Made by a program: the position numbers and the translations under genes. A stretch of DNA of 64,000 nucleotides, taken from contig MU008163.1 in the NCBI GenBank assembly GCA_010909165.1, positions 1,612,001 through 1,676,000 of the forward strand. The letters are read 5' to 3'. The notes beneath the pieces are model-generated. The model worked only from the letters and a program-made list of their open reading frames with translations, was not told the origin of the DNA and searched no databases. The stretch comes from Anthoceros angustus (Eukaryota > Plantae > Anthocerotophyta). This document shows, in pieces, positions 12,613 to 25,269 of the stretch; position 1 is the first letter of the stretch, and every line of letters begins with the position of its first letter.

Positions 12613-14779
12613 AGGGACCTTCGGCTCGCTTCTCTCATCAATCACTTGAGGTATTATTTGTTTACTGTGGGCTGGAGCCTGGAGGAGGCCTTGGGTTTGT
12701 GTGCGAGCTTCTAATGACTGTCTGCTGCGGGCTGCAGCACATGCACGAGAACCGGGTTCAGTTCGATGGGGTGTTTTGGAAGCCTGGCCTGGCCTCCGGC
12801 CTGCCCGGTGCCCGCCCACGAGAAGCTTGGCATGGGGGTGGACGAGAAATCTGCAGCTTTTGGAGGAGAAGATTCCAGCTTCCATGACCAGCTCGTGACA
12901 CCTAGTGCGAAAGCCAAGTGTGTCAATTCCGGTATTCCAGAGCCATCTCAACGGATGTGCCACCATTACCAGAGCATAAAGATAGTGGCTAATGAGCCAA
13001 GTCCCCGGGATGGAAAGCCGGATGGAACCAGTACTGCTCCCATCATGCCGGGCCGGCGCTGTGCCGAGGGCACATATCACTCCCGCAACAATCATCACCT
13101 TTCCCGGAAATCGGACTTCGGAACTCGGACGCACACAAGAGTGCTGGCCTGTGCTGCACTCATCATCGTCATCGTGTGTGTGTGTGAAGGAACCGAGCGA
13201 GTTGCGGATCTCATTGTGCACAAATTTGAGTCTGCAATTGTACAAACGCAGTCTGCACACCCCCAGCCTGAAGACGGGGGATTTGTTTGAGCACTGTAGA
13301 AATACAACCATGGAACAACTTCAAGCTTGAGATACGGCCAGCAACTCGAGGCCGTTGCTGTTTTTGGGGAGGCTAAGAATAGATTCTGGCTGCCGTCTCA
13401 GACATGTATGACACTTATTTGTCTGACGTAAGTTGCAGCGAGAAACGTTACCCATGTTTGTTTAACAGGTCGGGGGTAGATCCCGTCGTATTGGGGTGTT
13501 GGGGCCGAGGTGGGCCGGAGCTTGCCCTGCCCACCTCCCATCCTATGTACACTTTCTTCACCTCACATGGTGCCAAATTCTGTTTCGGACAAGAGGCACC
13601 ACAATGTCAAGTCCAAACACTACCTTGTCGGCTACAACGTTAGAGGCGAGGCTGCTAATGATATGGCAACAGAACAGAACATGCTTGCTCCAGTCCACAG
13701 ACAGTTGGGTATGTGCTTACTTACTGTAGCCAGGAGGTTCATGATGACCATGTGAGCATGTTAGACCTAAGGGATTCCAAGCATCCTGAACAGGGCTTGA
13801 CTGGATTCTGGTCCAGGAACGGCCCTTCTAATCCCCATGTCAGCAGTGACCCTTTCGATGGGCCATGCTCATCTTTTCGGACCGACTCTGTTCACAGGTT
13901 TCATGCTGCGTCAATCCTCACAGCACATGTTACACAGCGGAGGATCTGCGCATGGTTTCTGGGGTGGAAAAGCCGGGGACACCTGTCTTAGCAGAATATC
14001 AGTCGGGGATACCAGATCTTAGCAGTATACCAGTACTGCTTTAACGGATAACAGTCAACGTTCCACAATCAGTCTTCCATCTTCACGAACAATCTGGCCT
14101 CTCCTCTGATTACTCTAGACCAGTTACCGTGTCAAGAAAGTAGACGACTTGTTTCATGTCTCCAACATTTGGGAACAGGATTATGAAGGATCATTTCTGG
14201 ACTGGGATAGATGCACCACAACAAGTTTCATATGGTTGGTCTCATTCTTCTTTCAACATCCAAAGATCTGGACGTCACTCCACTGACAACCAGCCTCTGA
14301 AAAAGAGAGATCCAGTTTGTTGTTTGTTGTTTACCGCCAACTTGTGAACTGATACATGATCCTATGAGAATGAGCTGCTTTGTGTAGGGACTCAAGTATG
14401 CCAGAAAATGGCTTTCCGGAACCTTAGCTGCTTCTCTACTGTTCCAATTTCTGGCTTCAGGGCAACCAGAGTATCACGCAGGCGGGCACCTCCTGTGGTG
14501 GTCGGCCTCACAATCTTCGTTTGTCTCAGCAGGCCTAGCTGCATCTCTTGGTCCACTTGTGCACAATCTGGCTCTGCAGGTCTCTTGGTATTCTGAGGAG
14601 AGCCGTTCGTTATGCTCCTCAGTGTTCTCCCGTGATGACGTACACACTCAGGTACTATGTTCTTGGCTTAGCCGCTCCATAGTCTTCCCTTCTGTACCTC
14701 CCTCCCATTCTTGGCTCCTCATCGATGCTGGACAACAGAAAGGCCTCCATGGACGCCAACAGGACAACGTTCAAGTGCT

Positions 14780-16921
14780 GAATCCCACTAGCACAGTCCC
14801 AGTGCATGCCTTGCTCTCAATCTCTGCATGGAGCTTGCTTCCCAGATGCAAAGCTGCCAAATTTGCACATGAGTGCAGGAGGAACACAAATGTCTCGGAA
14901 TTGGGTACAGCGGTGCCTTCTTATCACATGACACTGTCGAGCAAAAGGGCTTCCTGGTCCATGCCCTGCTCGGAATACCCTGCGATTAAGGCAGTCCACG
15001 TCGCAACAACATCGTTTTCACCCACTCCGTCAAATACTCCCGGCGCACCCTCCAGGCTGCCAACACTTTGCATACATATGACCGAACTGTTGGCTATAAA
15101 CCAATCAGCCTCATGTCCCCCATCTCTGTCTTGCACATGAAGCTGCTTCCCTCTTACCAAACCTTGGATGCCCACATTTGTACATTTCTGAATGAGGCAC
15201 ACAAATGTCACACACAGTTGGGTACAGAGATGCCTTGTTCTTGCATGACATGGTAAAGACGAAGGGCTTCCTTCCTTCTGCCCTGCTGCGAATGCCCTAC
15301 AATTAGGACAGGCAATGTCACCAAGACCGTCCAACACTCTCTGAGCATCTTCCAAGCTGCCACACTTTTGGCTATACGCACATCAGTGTGACGTCCCTGC
15401 TCTCTAACTTGTGCATGAAGCTGCTTCCCCGTCTCCAAAGCCGGGGGTGCCTACACCTGCACATGCCTGCAGGAGGCACGCAATTGTCGCTGGATAGGGT
15501 GTAGTAACGCCCTCTTCTTGCATAGCGCTGTAGAGGCCAAGGGCTTCCAGGCTCATGCCCTGCTGGGAATACCATGAAATCATGGCATTCCACGTGACCA
15601 CATTGTCTCTATCAAGTCCATCAAACAATCCCTGAGCATCCTCCAGACTGCCACACTATGCTTATCAAGCTGCTGGCTACAAATGCATCAGCTCGATGTC
15701 ATAGTACTCTGAGTTTCGCATGAATCTAGTTTCCTGTCTCCAAAACTGGGGTTCCCATGCCTGCAGGGGGCAGATGAAAGTCACAGAATTGGGTCCTGTG
15801 GTGCCTAATGCTTGCATACCACTATAGAGATGAAGGGCTTCCTGTCCCATACCCTGCTGGGCATACCTTGCAATTAGAGAGGTCAATATCCCCACATCTT
15901 TGTGACCAAGTCCTTCAATCAGTTGCTCAGTATCCTGAACCCATGCAGCCACACTTCGCGTACATGCTTACCAAAGTGTTGATCACAGCTACATCAGCCT
16001 GATCTCCTTTTTCTCTGATTTGTGGATGAAGCTGCTTCCCCACCTCCAAATCTGGGTTACCTACACTCGCACATGCCTGTAGAGGGCACACAAATGTCAC
16101 AGAGTCGGGTGCAACCATGCCTTCTTCTTACATAGCTCTGTAGAGATGAAGGGCTTTCTGGTCCATGCCCTGCTGGGAATACCCTCCAAAAAGAGCAGTC
16201 CAAGTCACCAAATCCTTTTTATCAAGTCCGTCAAACCCACTGTGAGCATCCTCTAGGCTGCCACACTTTGCACACATGTCAACCAAACTGTTGGCTACAA
16301 CCACATCAGCTTGATGCCCATGTTAGCTAAACCACATCAGCTTGATGCTCTTGTCCATGTTTAAGATGGACGAGAAATGATAGAAGACAACATGAAGCAT
16401 CAGGTACAGCAACCATTGCAAACACATCCATCGCATCTTGCAAGAGCCTTCCATGTGAAGCATACATTCGCAAAATTGCACAGAAACGTATCTGACTGCA
16501 CCCCATACTCACCATCAAAGCATGGACTCTGCGACCTACAACAATATCCCCCTTCATCACACATTTTCCGGACAGCATGAAAGAAGATCTCAAAACAAAA
16601 CTCCACTCTATGTGCACCAGAACCCCCAAAGCCTCACACGGCCCTGTTCACATAGCCTGCCCACGATTTCCGCAGTCACCCCAGTTTCAAATCCTGCAGG
16701 CCTATCACGACGAGGGTCAGGATCTTCCAGCTGCTGGCTACGGCCCTGAGCTGGTGGCTTCCTGCAAGGGTGCTGCAGCTCGCAGCTTCCGTGTTTGCCG
16801 CCGGCTGGTTCCTGGAAGTCACAGTTACGTGGGTGGCAGCTCTTGAACAATTGCTTGTCAACTCACCAGGTTCTTTGGTCCGCCCTTGGCGTGACTCAAT
16901 CGCCACGCTCCAGGCAGCCAT
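14780..16921 (-). pseudogene. PLS-class pentatricopeptide repeat (PPR) pseudogene, cassette A
   Basis: Fragments such as [70 protein letters not shown] and NVVTWNAMISWYSQQGMSLEALGLY are split by frameshifts and stops. ATG at 16921 precedes a Ser/Arg/Ala-rich transit-like leader. No DYW domain was found. Confidence 0.9.
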
Positions 16922-19096
16922 GGCTCAGTGAAGCGTATGGAGAGCGTTTGGCGAGTGAGCAGGAAGAGTAAATAGCGCTCATTATAAATTGGAGCATTTT
17001 GATTTAATTTACAAGAGGTAACAAATCGGGCACCCATGAGGGTGTGCGCCGTCTGGTATGTTCAAATCTCTGGAGCTCACAAACGTTCTCTCGCCTGAGA
17101 GGACTCTCCTTGGGAATCTGTTTTTCGCGTCACTGGAACCCTACTACCACTTCGCAGACGCTTTCTTCCTCGCGCATTCTTGATCATGGCACGTCGCCGT
17201 CTCGACTTGCTGCTTAGGTCCCCTAATGGTTATTCATGCATTGGCGGCATAGCGATCGGAGTCTCAATGGTCTCATTGGTCTCATGGTTTCTGTACGAAA
17301 GGTACTGCGCGCGCACTGGAAGGACCGGATTATTGAACTATGCTCGCCGACTGTCAAAGCGTGACGGCGCAAATAGCAGGGATGACGGTCCGAGATGCAG
17401 TACACATTTTAAAGAGTGACTTCCGGATGTGTTTACTCTATACACATTAGGACAGTGTAGCTGCATCAGCGATCAGGCGCTCGGGGAACAACCACGTGAA
17501 TGTACGTCAATCAGTTGCTCAGTATCCTGAACCCATGCAGCCACACGACATGCTTACCAAAGTGTTGATCACAGCTACATCAGCCTGATCTCCTTTTTCT
17601 CTGATTTGTGGATGAAGCTGCTTCCCCACCTCCAAATCTGGGTTACCTACACTCGCACATGCCTGTAGAGGGCACACAAATGTCACAGAGTCGGGTGCAA
17701 CCATGCCTTCTTCTTACATAGCTCTGTAGAGATGAAGGGCTTTCTGGTCCATGCCCTGCTGGGAATACCCTCCAAAAAGAGCAGTCCAAGTCACCAAATC
17801 CTTTTTATCAAGTCCGTCAAACCCACTGTGAGCATCCTCTAGGCTGCCACACTTTGCACACATGTCAACCAAACTGTTGGCTACAACCACATCAGCTTGA
17901 TGCCCATGTTAGCTAAACCACATCAGCTTGATGCTCTTGTCCATGTTTAAGATGGACGAGAAATGATAGAAGACAACATGAAGCATCAGGTACAGCAACC
18001 ATTGCAAACACATCCATCGCATCTTGCAAGAGCCTTCCATGTGAAGCATACATTCGCAAAATTGCACAGAAACGTATCTGACTCGCACCCCATACTCACC
18101 ATCAAAGCATGGACTCTGCGACCTACAACAATATCCCCCTTCATCACACATTTTCCGGACAGCATGAAAGAAGATCTCAAAACAAAACTCCACTCTATGT
18201 GCACCAGAACCCCCAAAGCCTCACACGGCCCTGTTCACATAGCCTGCCCACGATTTCCGCAGTCACCCCAGTTTCAAATCCTGCAGGCCTATCACGACGA
18301 GGGTCAGGATCTTCCAGCTGCTGGCTACGGCCCTGAGCTGGTGGCTTCCTGCAAGGGTGCTGCAGCTCGCAGCTTCCGTGTTTGCCGCCGGCTGGTTCCT
18401 GGAAGTCACAGTTACGTGGGTGGCAGCTCTTGAACAATTGCTTGTCAACTCACCAGGTTCTTTGGTCCGCCCTTGGCGTGACTCAATCGCCACGCTCCAG
18501 GCAGCCATGGCTCAGTGAAGCGTATGGAGAGCGTTTGGCGAGTGAGCAGGAAGAGTAAATAGCGCTCATTATAAATTGGAGCATTTTGATTTAATTTACA
18601 AGAGGTAACAAATCGGGCACCCATGAGGGTGTGCGCCGTCTGGTATGTTCAAATCTCTGGAGCTCACAAACGTTCTCTCGCCTGAGAGGACTCTCCTTGG
18701 GAATCTGTTTTTCGCGTCACTGGAACCCTACTACCACTTCGCAGACGCTTTCTTCCTCGCGCATTCTTGATCATGGCACGTCGCCGTCTCGACTTGCTGC
18801 TTAGGTCCCCTAATGGTTATTCATGCATTGGCGGCATAGCGATCGGAGTCTCAATGGTCTCATTGGTCTCATGGTTTCTGTACGAAAGGTACTGCGCGCG
18901 CACTGGAAGGACCGGATTATTGAACTATGCTCGCCGACTGTCAAAGCGTGACGGCGCAAATAGCAGGGATGACGGTCCGAGATGCAGTACACATTTTAAA
19001 GAGTGACTTCCGGATGTGTTTACTCTATACACATTAGGACAGTGTAGCTGCATCAGCGATCAGGCGCTCGGGGAACAACCACGTGAATGTACGTCA
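15915..19096. repeat. Near-perfect tandem duplication of about 1.59 kb (15915-17506 / 17507-19096) spanning the PPR 5' half, the shared promoter and the 5' part of the orphan gene
   Basis: ORF-track pairs are offset by 1586-1587 bp. The junction at 17501-17520 (tgtacg-tca-atcagttgctc) shows tca microhomology. Confidence 0.92.
16922..17185. promoter_or_regulatory. Divergent intergenic region of about 265 bp between PPR (-) and orphan X (+), with a conserved TATA-like core
   Basis: The motif cattataaattgg(a/g)g...tttaatt(t)aca is conserved at about 16980, 18567, 29360 (variant ttcataaattggggaa) and 33487, followed by a conserved aaatcgg..cccatgagg block. Confidence 0.6.
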
Positions 19097-19433
19097 CACC
19101 AGCTTGTGGCTCTCCGGCACGAACTCCTATGTAACAGCTGCGTTCCGGAGCAAGGAAGCGGATCTCGATAAGCACGTCTTCAGCTTTTCGTTTAGAGAGT
19201 GGGATTGCCGTCTTCGACTTTGTAAGCTGTCATCCATCCTCAGCTTCTCGACTTCAGTCCTCTTGTCGTCTGGCCGATTGATGCCTTGCTTCGAAGGGGA
19301 AAAGATAACCGCATTCTTTCATTGCAAGTGCGAGTCGATCCTATTCATAATTGACGTGTGTTTGGTGATTGGGATGAGATACCAGAGCTGTATAATGTGC
19401 GGATTCTTGTCAAGCAATGTGAGGGCGGGGTAA
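18773..19433 (+). pseudogene. Orphan gene X, copy A (frameshifted; a partial duplicate lies at 17186-17509)
   Basis: MARRRLDLLLR plus a hydrophobic stretch, then a premature stop at 19006. Downstream cagcttgtggctctccgg and tttcgtttagagag...cgactttgtaagc align with copies B and C. Confidence 0.75.
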
Positions 19434-19671
19434 CATTGTGCACTTATTCTTTGCCACATAATTGCAAGATTTGGATTCAAGATCGCATAATATTATCATC
19501 CTGAGCTGAGCGCCGTCCCACCTAGTCAGCCTGGCCCTTACAAGAGCTCTTGCTTACAGCGTCCTATTTCACACTGTATCCTCATCTAAAATGTTTTCGA
19601 AGTCGACAGGCCATGAGCCAAAGTGTGTCCCGTGGTTCTGTAAGCTTATATTGGTGATCACCTTTTGGTTA

Positions 19672-19882
19672 CACTGTTAAATATGAGTTGAATACACTGT
19701 TAAATATGAATTGAATATACTGTTAACTATTAAATGTGAGTTGAATACACTGTTAAATGTGAGTTGAATATACTGTTAAATGTGAGTTGAATACACTGTT
19801 AAATGTGAGTTGAATATACTCTTAAATGTGAGTTGAATACACTGTTAAATGTGAGTTGAATATACCGTTAAATGTGAGTTGA
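19672..19882. repeat. 23-bp minisatellite (actgttaaatgtgagttgaatac), about 9 copies
   Basis: Head-to-tail repeats with alternating ...aatac/...aatat variants. Confidence 0.92.
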
Positions 19883-20058
19883 ACAAGCTCAATGTACATG
19901 CAGGGTGATGCTTGCGAGAGGCACCAATTTTCTCGTAGTTCAACCACATAGGACTCTGCAACGTAGATCAAGAGGAGTTTCCGGACTTGGATGTGAGGAC
20001 TTTCTGGCGTGTTAGGGCTTTTGGACTTGTTTCTAGTTCTATATCAGAACCTCGTTAT

Positions 20059-20395
20059 AATTCTTCAAACCAATATATATAACTTTTATTAGTTTTTTTA
20101 CTTTCTTCCTATCCGAGATATACATACTATGTCGTCAATCATTAATCATTAATTCTTCAAACCTATATATATAACAGTCATAATCTTTCTCACTTTTCTA
20201 TCTAGGATATACATACTATATAGTCTTAACTAGGAATAACTTTCATTATCTTTTTTACTTGCTTCCTATTCGAGATATACATACTATGTCGTTAATCATT
20301 AATCATTAATTCTTCAAACCTACATATATAACGGTCATAATCTTTCTCACTTTCTTACTATCTGGGATATACATACTATATAGTCTTAACTAGGA
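20059..20395. repeat. Two copies of an AT-rich unit of about 175 bp
   Basis: cgagatatacatactatgtcgt(c/t)aatcattaatcattaattcttcaaacct...tagtcttaactagga occurs twice. Confidence 0.85.
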
Positions 20396-20594
20396 AGAGG
20401 CTAACCTGGTATATTGTCTAAATATTTCGATGCGGTAGCGACCAAATTCCAAGATTGATAGTTTCCTCGGACTGCCGGTGCCCAATGTGAAAACTCCTAT
20501 GTTGCTTAAGCCGAGAGCAAATGTTTGTAAACTCAAAGTAAACTCAAAGACAAACAACGATGTTATGGGGTGCTATGTTTGAAGTCTGCGTCAC

Positions 20595-20800
20595 CCTGCA
20601 AACTTGCAAACTCTTGACGTTTAGTACATTGCAAACTTGCAAACTCTGGACGTTGGTGTTTAGTACATTGCAAACTTGCAAACTCTGGACGTTGGTATAC
20701 TGTAAACTTGCAAATTCTTGACGGTAGTATACAGTTGCAGCTAGACTTCTTGTAAACTTCAAAAGCAACTTTGAGTTGTAGAGAAATTGCAGCAAACAAT
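20595..20800. repeat. Short repeats tgcaaacttgcaaactc
   Basis: The motif recurs at about 20597, 20629, 20669 and (variant) 20701. Confidence 0.75.
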
Positions 20801-21059
20801 CACCTGGCAAAAATCGATCATATCAGCACTCACAGCCTTGCTGATTGTCTCAACTCGTGATAATGTAGCTTTGACTTCAATGATCAGCATATAAAATTTC
20901 GAACATAGACTAAAAATATTAGATTATTATATCAAAATATAAAATATTAAAAACAAAACTTGTTAGAGGTCATAATATTTTCAGGATGGATAATAAGTTT
21001 TAAATAACATGGAATATAGATCTTTAATATTAGATGATAATAATGATAATAAATGATTA

Positions 21060-22305
21060 GATGATAATACCCCGCATCATTGCGGTCTACGTTACCTCGT
21101 TTTTTGACAAGACCATCAAACAAACTGACACACTTGGCATACATGTTCACCAAACTGCTGGCTACAAACACTTCGACTTGAAATTTTCGCTGTTTAATCT
21201 GTGGATGGACCTGCTTCCCCTGCTCTAAAGCTGAGGTGCTCACTCTTGCACATGGCTGCAAGGCACACAAATGTCACGGAATGGGGTTCACCAACAACCT
21301 CCTTGCATAGCACTGTAGAGATGAGAGGCTTCCTGCCCCATGCCCTGCTTGGATATCCGGCATCATGGCAGCCCGCGTCACCTCATTCTTTTCACCAAGT
21401 CCATCAAATGCTCTCCGGGCATCTTCAAAGCTTCCACACTTCGTATACATGTTCTCAAAACTGCTCCATAGAAAAGCATCAGCTTGACAGTCTCGTATTT
21501 AAGCCTGCGTATGAAGGTGCTTCCCCTTCTCCAGTGCCACCCAGCCCAATGATTGCAGGAGGCACACAAATGTCACATAATCAGGTACAGCAATGCCTTC
21601 TCCTTGCATGGCACAGTAAAGACAAAAAGTTTCCTTCCCCATACCCTGCTCAGAAAATCCTGGTATCATAGCATTCCATGGTCACCACATCTTTGTTCCC
21701 AAGTCCATCAAACACTCTTTACGCATTTCCAAGCTGCCACGCTTTCCATAAATGTTGACCAAGCTGTTGGTACAAACAAATCAGGTCTCTATTTCCCGCA
21801 TGCCGATCCTTCCCCCCTCTTCAATGCCGGAGTGCCCACACCTGCACATTCACTGTAGAGCGGGAGGGTTTCGTGCCCCATGCCCTGATGGGAATATCCT
21901 GCTATCATCGCATTCCACGTCACCACGTCCTTAGGATCAAGTCCGTTCATGGGTCACTCTAGGGGTTACCACTCAAACACGTTCCTCGGGGATGCCTGTG
22001 CAGCAGAACAGGATGCTCTTCTCACTTTACATTGTTTCCCGCCCAAGTGCCGGCTCCAGAAATATTTCTTCACTGCAACTTCTCCAAGCCAGAAGATCCG
22101 CATCTAGCCAGACATCCTCTTCCTCGTGGACGGGCTGGCTTCTACCAAAGTGCTCTCTCCCGACTTGGCTGTACGTCAGAAGGCGCTTCGTTGAATTCAG
22201 GCCAGCGGAAGCTCTTCCCAGCATACCCGTCAGCCCTCCAGCCATGGTTCCCGGACCCATCCGTTCAGCAGTCCCCAACAGATGGTAAGACAGCCTGCAG
22301 GTCAC
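21060..22305 (-). pseudogene. Second PLS-PPR pseudogene (downstream PPR module of cassette A)
   Basis: LEQGKQVHPQIK...EVFVASSLVNMYAKC, WNAMIPGFSEQGMGKE and PDYVTFVCLLQ fragments with many disruptions. Its 5' portion is homologous to 30850-31350. Confidence 0.85.
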
Positions 22306-22364
22306 TAAAAAATGTTAAGATTGGGAATTGTAGCACGCTTTCACAATTGAGCTGTCTAGCTTCC

Positions 22365-22490
22365 AAACGGACATTGACCCCAAAGCTCTCAAGCTTCTCA
22401 AACAGACATCGTTCCCCAAGCTCTCAAGCTTCTCAAACAGACATTATTGTGCCCCAAACTCTCTACCATCTGAAACAGACATTATGCCGC
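22365..22490. repeat. Repeats of about 37 bp (ccccaagctctcaagcttctcaaacagacat...), with a homologous array at about 31327-31450
   Basis: 3-4 degenerate copies at both loci. The flanks 22330-23350 and 31330-32140 are homologous. Confidence 0.8.
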
Positions 22491-24245
22491 AGGTTCTCTC
22501 CTTTTTTCGACATTGTGTGGAGGAAAAACACATGGTTTCTTAATGAGTTTCTTGTTGGCTTAAGTCGGGCAAACTCAGCTAGTTGCCATGTTAGAGATAA
22601 GGTGAAGGTCTGTTTCATAACGAGATTGAGGAGGGAAGTGGTTCTGAACTTCAGAGCCCCTTCCCCCTTCCTTCAGCGTCTCAAGGAGAGTCGAGTGAAG
22701 TGAGCTGTTTGCTGGAGACGGCAACTTTGACACTCTGAAAAGGCCCTCTGCCTTTCGTGTAAGTGATTAGGTACTCGGGTGGATGGGCACAAGCATAGGA
22801 AGTGTCCAGGAAGGCACGGCGGAATGAGACCCCTTCCAGATGGTCCTGGTCTTCCAGATGTTTGGAGACTTGGGCTGCATTGCAGAAAGAAAGGGTGGAA
22901 AGACTGCAGTTCTACAAGAAAAGCTGTCCTTTGCGTGTGGTAGTCCTCACAGCAACCATGAAAGACACAGTATCATCAGCTTTAGTTCCCAAGAGAAGGA
23001 AGGGGTAGCGGCTGATGGTGGAGATAAGTGAAAGCAGCTGGTAAGAACTGATGATTGGTTCGTTTCGGTGCACCTAATCGATCTTCCTGCCTTTTATGGA
23101 CATCATAAGTAAGCTGCCTGGCACATGGAGACTCTATCTTGCCCAGCACTCTGGCACGCACCGACCAAAAAGTCAAACCACTTTCCGCCCAGCTGCTAGT
23201 GCGTACCTTCTGAACTACTGTCATGCTCAAAACTCCATCCAGGCCACAAGACCAGCCTTGTTCAGCCAGGCTTGACAGTGTGGTTGGTGGCAGGTGCAAG
23301 CCTTTCCCTAGCTGCCCAGGCCCAGCTGGGCTCATTCGTGTGCTACATAACTTACAAGGATAGTTTGCTTCCATGAGAAGCCAGATGCTACCTGAAACGA
23401 GTGCCCCTGGTAAAGGTATAGTCACCTACAGTCATGAAGAATCGATCTATATGTAAGTGCCCAGGGGACTGCCCAGGGGCCAGCATCAGAGATTCACACT
23501 CTCATAAAGTGAGGTATACGACAGGACCACGCAACTCATGCAGGTAGCAGTACATCATACAGGATCCACAGGCGATCCCATGCTTCATGGTGCCCCCGAA
23601 ACACGTGCAAACAAGACCTGCCCTAGAAGAAGGTTCGGCAACTTTCTCTGCCCACTTCCAGTAAACCCATCAGGCTCGAAAGCCCAGAGCCATCTTTAGA
23701 CTACCAACAGTTGAGTCGTTTAGTCCCTCTCTGACCTCCGAGTGCGCAGCCCGCAGTTCAAGAAGTTGGCGTCCACTTCATGAAAATCAGCACAAGCTGT
23801 GGTCCACGACTCCACACCCCACAGTCCTGGGCTGCTCTTGTCATACGCTGACTCCAAAATATCGACAGTGTACAGCGGCTCCGTCGCCCACGCCGACTCT
23901 GGCAGCTTCCCCAGCTGCAATCCCTGTTAGGTTTTTAAGCTCAGGTAGACGATGTCAACCCAGGTACAGTAACGGCCCCATCAATCCCCAAGACTTCAGA
24001 AGCTCTCAACAGTCATCACAGCCTGGCTATCTCACGAGTCATGTGACTCATATCAACGCAAGGGTGTCCGCCTCATGCAATGCCATCCAGTCTGGATACA
24101 TCCCATTCTATCCCATCCCATCCCAACCAGCATGCATGAATGCAGTCACGTCCCAGCCTCGATTAAACCACATACCCTAAGTTTGGTATGATGTCCTGTG
24201 CCCCAACCCCACAGGACTCCAGGAGCACGTGATGGACAGTAAGTA

Positions 24246-24775
24246 CAGTCCACCCCCCCTAATTGGGACTGGTTCGGAGTGCCTTTAGAGGTCCCATTAA
24301 GGGAGGTGTCCCGATTATATTTTCCCTATTTAAAAATAATAAAATATTTTAAATTATAAAAAATCAAAAAATACCCAAAAAATTAAAATTAAAATTTTGA
24401 TTGATAGGTTTCACTAAAAATAACTTTTACCACTTCTCTATATAGTTGTTTGACAGCTAGCGCTCTCTCTAAGCAACATCAAAAACCTCTACCTATCATA
24501 AAGGAAAAAGCTTAGCTTAAGAGTCTTCAATCACACCTAAAAGTCTATTGTGCTTTGAAATAATCGATTCTTTTTCTTTCTTTTTATTTTTTAGTAAAAA
24601 TTAGAAATCCCATTTAGGGAGGTGAAACTAACATGAATGTACGTTTCAAAATGTCCCAATTATCATTTAGGGAAAAGTCCCATTTATTACATTGTAAACT
24701 AAAGGGAGTAGGATGGGTGGTCCCATTTAGAGAGGAATCCCATTTATAGAGTTCCCAATTAGGGGGGGCCGACTG
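24246..24775. mobile_element. Tc1/mariner (pogo-like) MITE of about 530 bp
   Basis: TIRs CAGTCCACCCCCCCTAATTGGGA (24246) and reverse complement CAGTCGGCCCCCCCTAATTGGGA (ending 24775); TA on both sides; AT-rich non-coding interior. Confidence 0.88.
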
Positions 24776-25269
24776 TACACTGCAGCATGTAGCGCTGCAG
24801 ATGTACTGTACATATATCTTGGAGGCAGCATCTGGGGAAGGCGCTGCCACTCTTTTAGGCTTGCACCGAGAGAGTCTTCCTCCCCAAATTGCAATCGTGC
24901 TCTGCATTCTGCAACTTGCGGGAAAATAAGCAGGCAGGAGGCAGGAGTCACAAAACCAATCATCCCGGCCCGCCTCATTCCGGGCCTCCGGAACAGTCCA
25001 GTCCTGACCCACACTGCGCCCATCATGTGTCATCAGTGCGGAAGCACAGGCTTACTTACAGAGGCCTCGGCCTTGTAACTCCTCGCTGCCTTGGACAGAC
25101 ATGTCTCTACATATGTGTCTGCACAGCATTCCCTCTCAATCTTCGCAGTCCTAAAGTTCTCAATCTTTGCAGCCTTTGGATTTGTCATCTCCTTCCTTCC
25201 CTCTTGCGCTCACCGGCAGTCGGTCTTCCCACCGACATTTTGGCACTCCTCCGTCAGTCGGAGCCGCGA

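Noticed and set aside
12700-14050. Degraded or spliced gene between the SSR cluster and the PPR pseudogene
   Set aside because: Some splice-like sites exist, but I could not assemble a consistent frame or recognise a domain.
22700-23950. F-box/LRR-like pseudogene shared by cassettes A and B
   Set aside because: Fragments such as VELQSFHPFFLQCSPSLQ are suggestive only, with many stops; kept only as homologous flank.
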